In this document: positions 62,977 through 64,000 of the stretch, piece by piece
How positions within the stretch are numbered: the stretch's first letter is position 1
How the letters are laid out: every line of letters starts with the position of its first letter
Origin: Mobula hypostoma
Lineage: Eukaryota
Assembly: GCF_963921235.1 (NCBI RefSeq)
Contig: NC_086097.1
Location: forward strand, 2,480,001-2,544,000
DNA: 64,000 nt
Direction: 5' to 3'
Notes under the pieces: model-generated
Database searches by the model: none
Told to the model about the DNA's origin: nothing
Seen by the model: the letters and a program-made list of their open reading frames with translations, nothing else
Program-made: the position numbers and the translations under genes

Positions 62977-63180
62977 TGACCAAGTGACCAAGTGGCCAAG
63001 TGACCAAGTGGCCAAGTGGCCAAGTGACCAAGTGACCAAGTGACCAAGTGAACAAGTGACCAAGTGGCCAAGTGGCCAAGTGGCCAAGTGACCAGGTGAC
63101 CAAGTGGCCAGGTGACCAAGTGACCAAGTGGCCAAGTGACCAAGTGACCAAGTGGCCAAGTGACCAAGTGACCAAGTGGC
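62977..63180. repeat. 8-bp minisatellite (TG[A/G]CCAAG)n, about 25 copies, inside a V-SINE
   Basis: Alternating TGACCAAG and TGGCCAAG units between gtacgttctaccca and tttcctctgggtgcttcagttt. Confidence 0.95.
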
Positions 63181-63783
63181 TTTCCTCTGGGTGCTTCAGT
63201 TTGCTCCCACATTCCACTGGTTAGTAACTAGGTGAATTGGTTATTGATATCGTCCCATGAACAGGCTGGGGTGAAATCAGGAGTTACTGGGCGGTGAGGT
63301 TCGTTGGACTGGGAGGGCCTAGCGTGCATCGTTTCTCTATAACATAAATAAATTTATCTGTGCCAGGCAAAATACCATTTTCCTACAATCTGTTTATTCC
63401 TTTCTGAGAAATCTTCGTAACGTGATCTTTTTCTAGCTGTTCCATTGTGTAATGTTGATACTGAATTTTGTATGTTTCTCTCACGGGTGTTTTTAATTCC
63501 TCCTAGCCTCCCTGTTTCCTTTTTCCGTTGGTTGCTCAGGGTAATTATAATAGTGTAAATGTTTTGGCCAGTTTACACCAGCTAGAGGAAAACTACCACC
63601 TCAGTCAATGCAGAATGATCAATCCTTATGAAGCTCACGCTCAGGAGGATGTTAATTTTACTGTGTCAATCCTCCTTACTTGGGCTCAAGTTCAGTCAAA
63701 GAAATTCTTGGGATGCTGGCATTCCAGAACTATTAATGTTTGCATAAGACCTTAAGATATAAGTGCCTTTTCATTGTGGCTGA

Positions 63784-64000
63784 TCCATAGAACCATAGAA
63801 CAGTACAGCACAGAAAACAGGCCATTTGGCCCTTCTAGTCTGTGCCGAAACTTTATTCCGCTAGTCCCATTGACCTGCATCCAGTCCATAACCCTCCAGA
63901 CCTCTCCCGTCCATGTACCTATCCAATTTATTCTTAAAACCTAAGAGTGAGCCTGCATTTACCACATCAGATGGCAGCTCGTTCCACACTCCCACCACTC
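63784..64000 (-). mobile_element. CR1 3' tail
   Basis: ccatagaaccatagaacagtacagcacagaaaacaggcc...ttccacactcccaccactc. Confidence 0.8.

Noticed and set aside
62867..63217. ORFs with repeated LGHLVTWS peptides
   Set aside because: Translations of the stop-free 8-bp minisatellite, not a protein

Overview
Eukaryotic (vertebrate) genomic DNA. The repeat complement (abundant CR1 LINEs, Penelope-like elements, Rex1/Babar LINEs, V-SINEs) suggests a cartilaginous fish such as a ray or shark; this is an inference. Two host genes are recognisable, arranged head to head. The first coding exon of ITPK1 lies on the minus strand (17435-17529, CpG island ~16.9-18.3 kb). LYSET/TMEM251 lies on the plus strand (probable exon 1 in a CpG island at ~38.2-38.35 kb, complete 131-aa CDS at 44235-44630, long repeat-poor 3' UTR). 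Most of the rest is decayed, often nested mobile DNA: CR1, Rex1/Babar, Penelope/GIY-YIG, Tc1, Tigger-like and hAT elements, and a solo LTR. The most striking item is an internally deleted HERO-clade (R2-like) retrotransposon at ~34.35-35.67 kb (minus). Its zinc-finger N-terminus is fused in frame to the restriction-like endonuclease with the RT missing. Its 3' UTR (34369-34487) contains a complete hammerhead ribozyme core in a non-circularly permuted, pseudoknotted strand order with five perfectly paired helices. Separately, the Penelope 3' ends carry many minimal type I hammerhead motifs, including a 96-bp ribozyme-only insertion flanked by a 15-bp TSD. Repeat boundaries are read by eye and are approximate unless a TSD or TIR is quoted.
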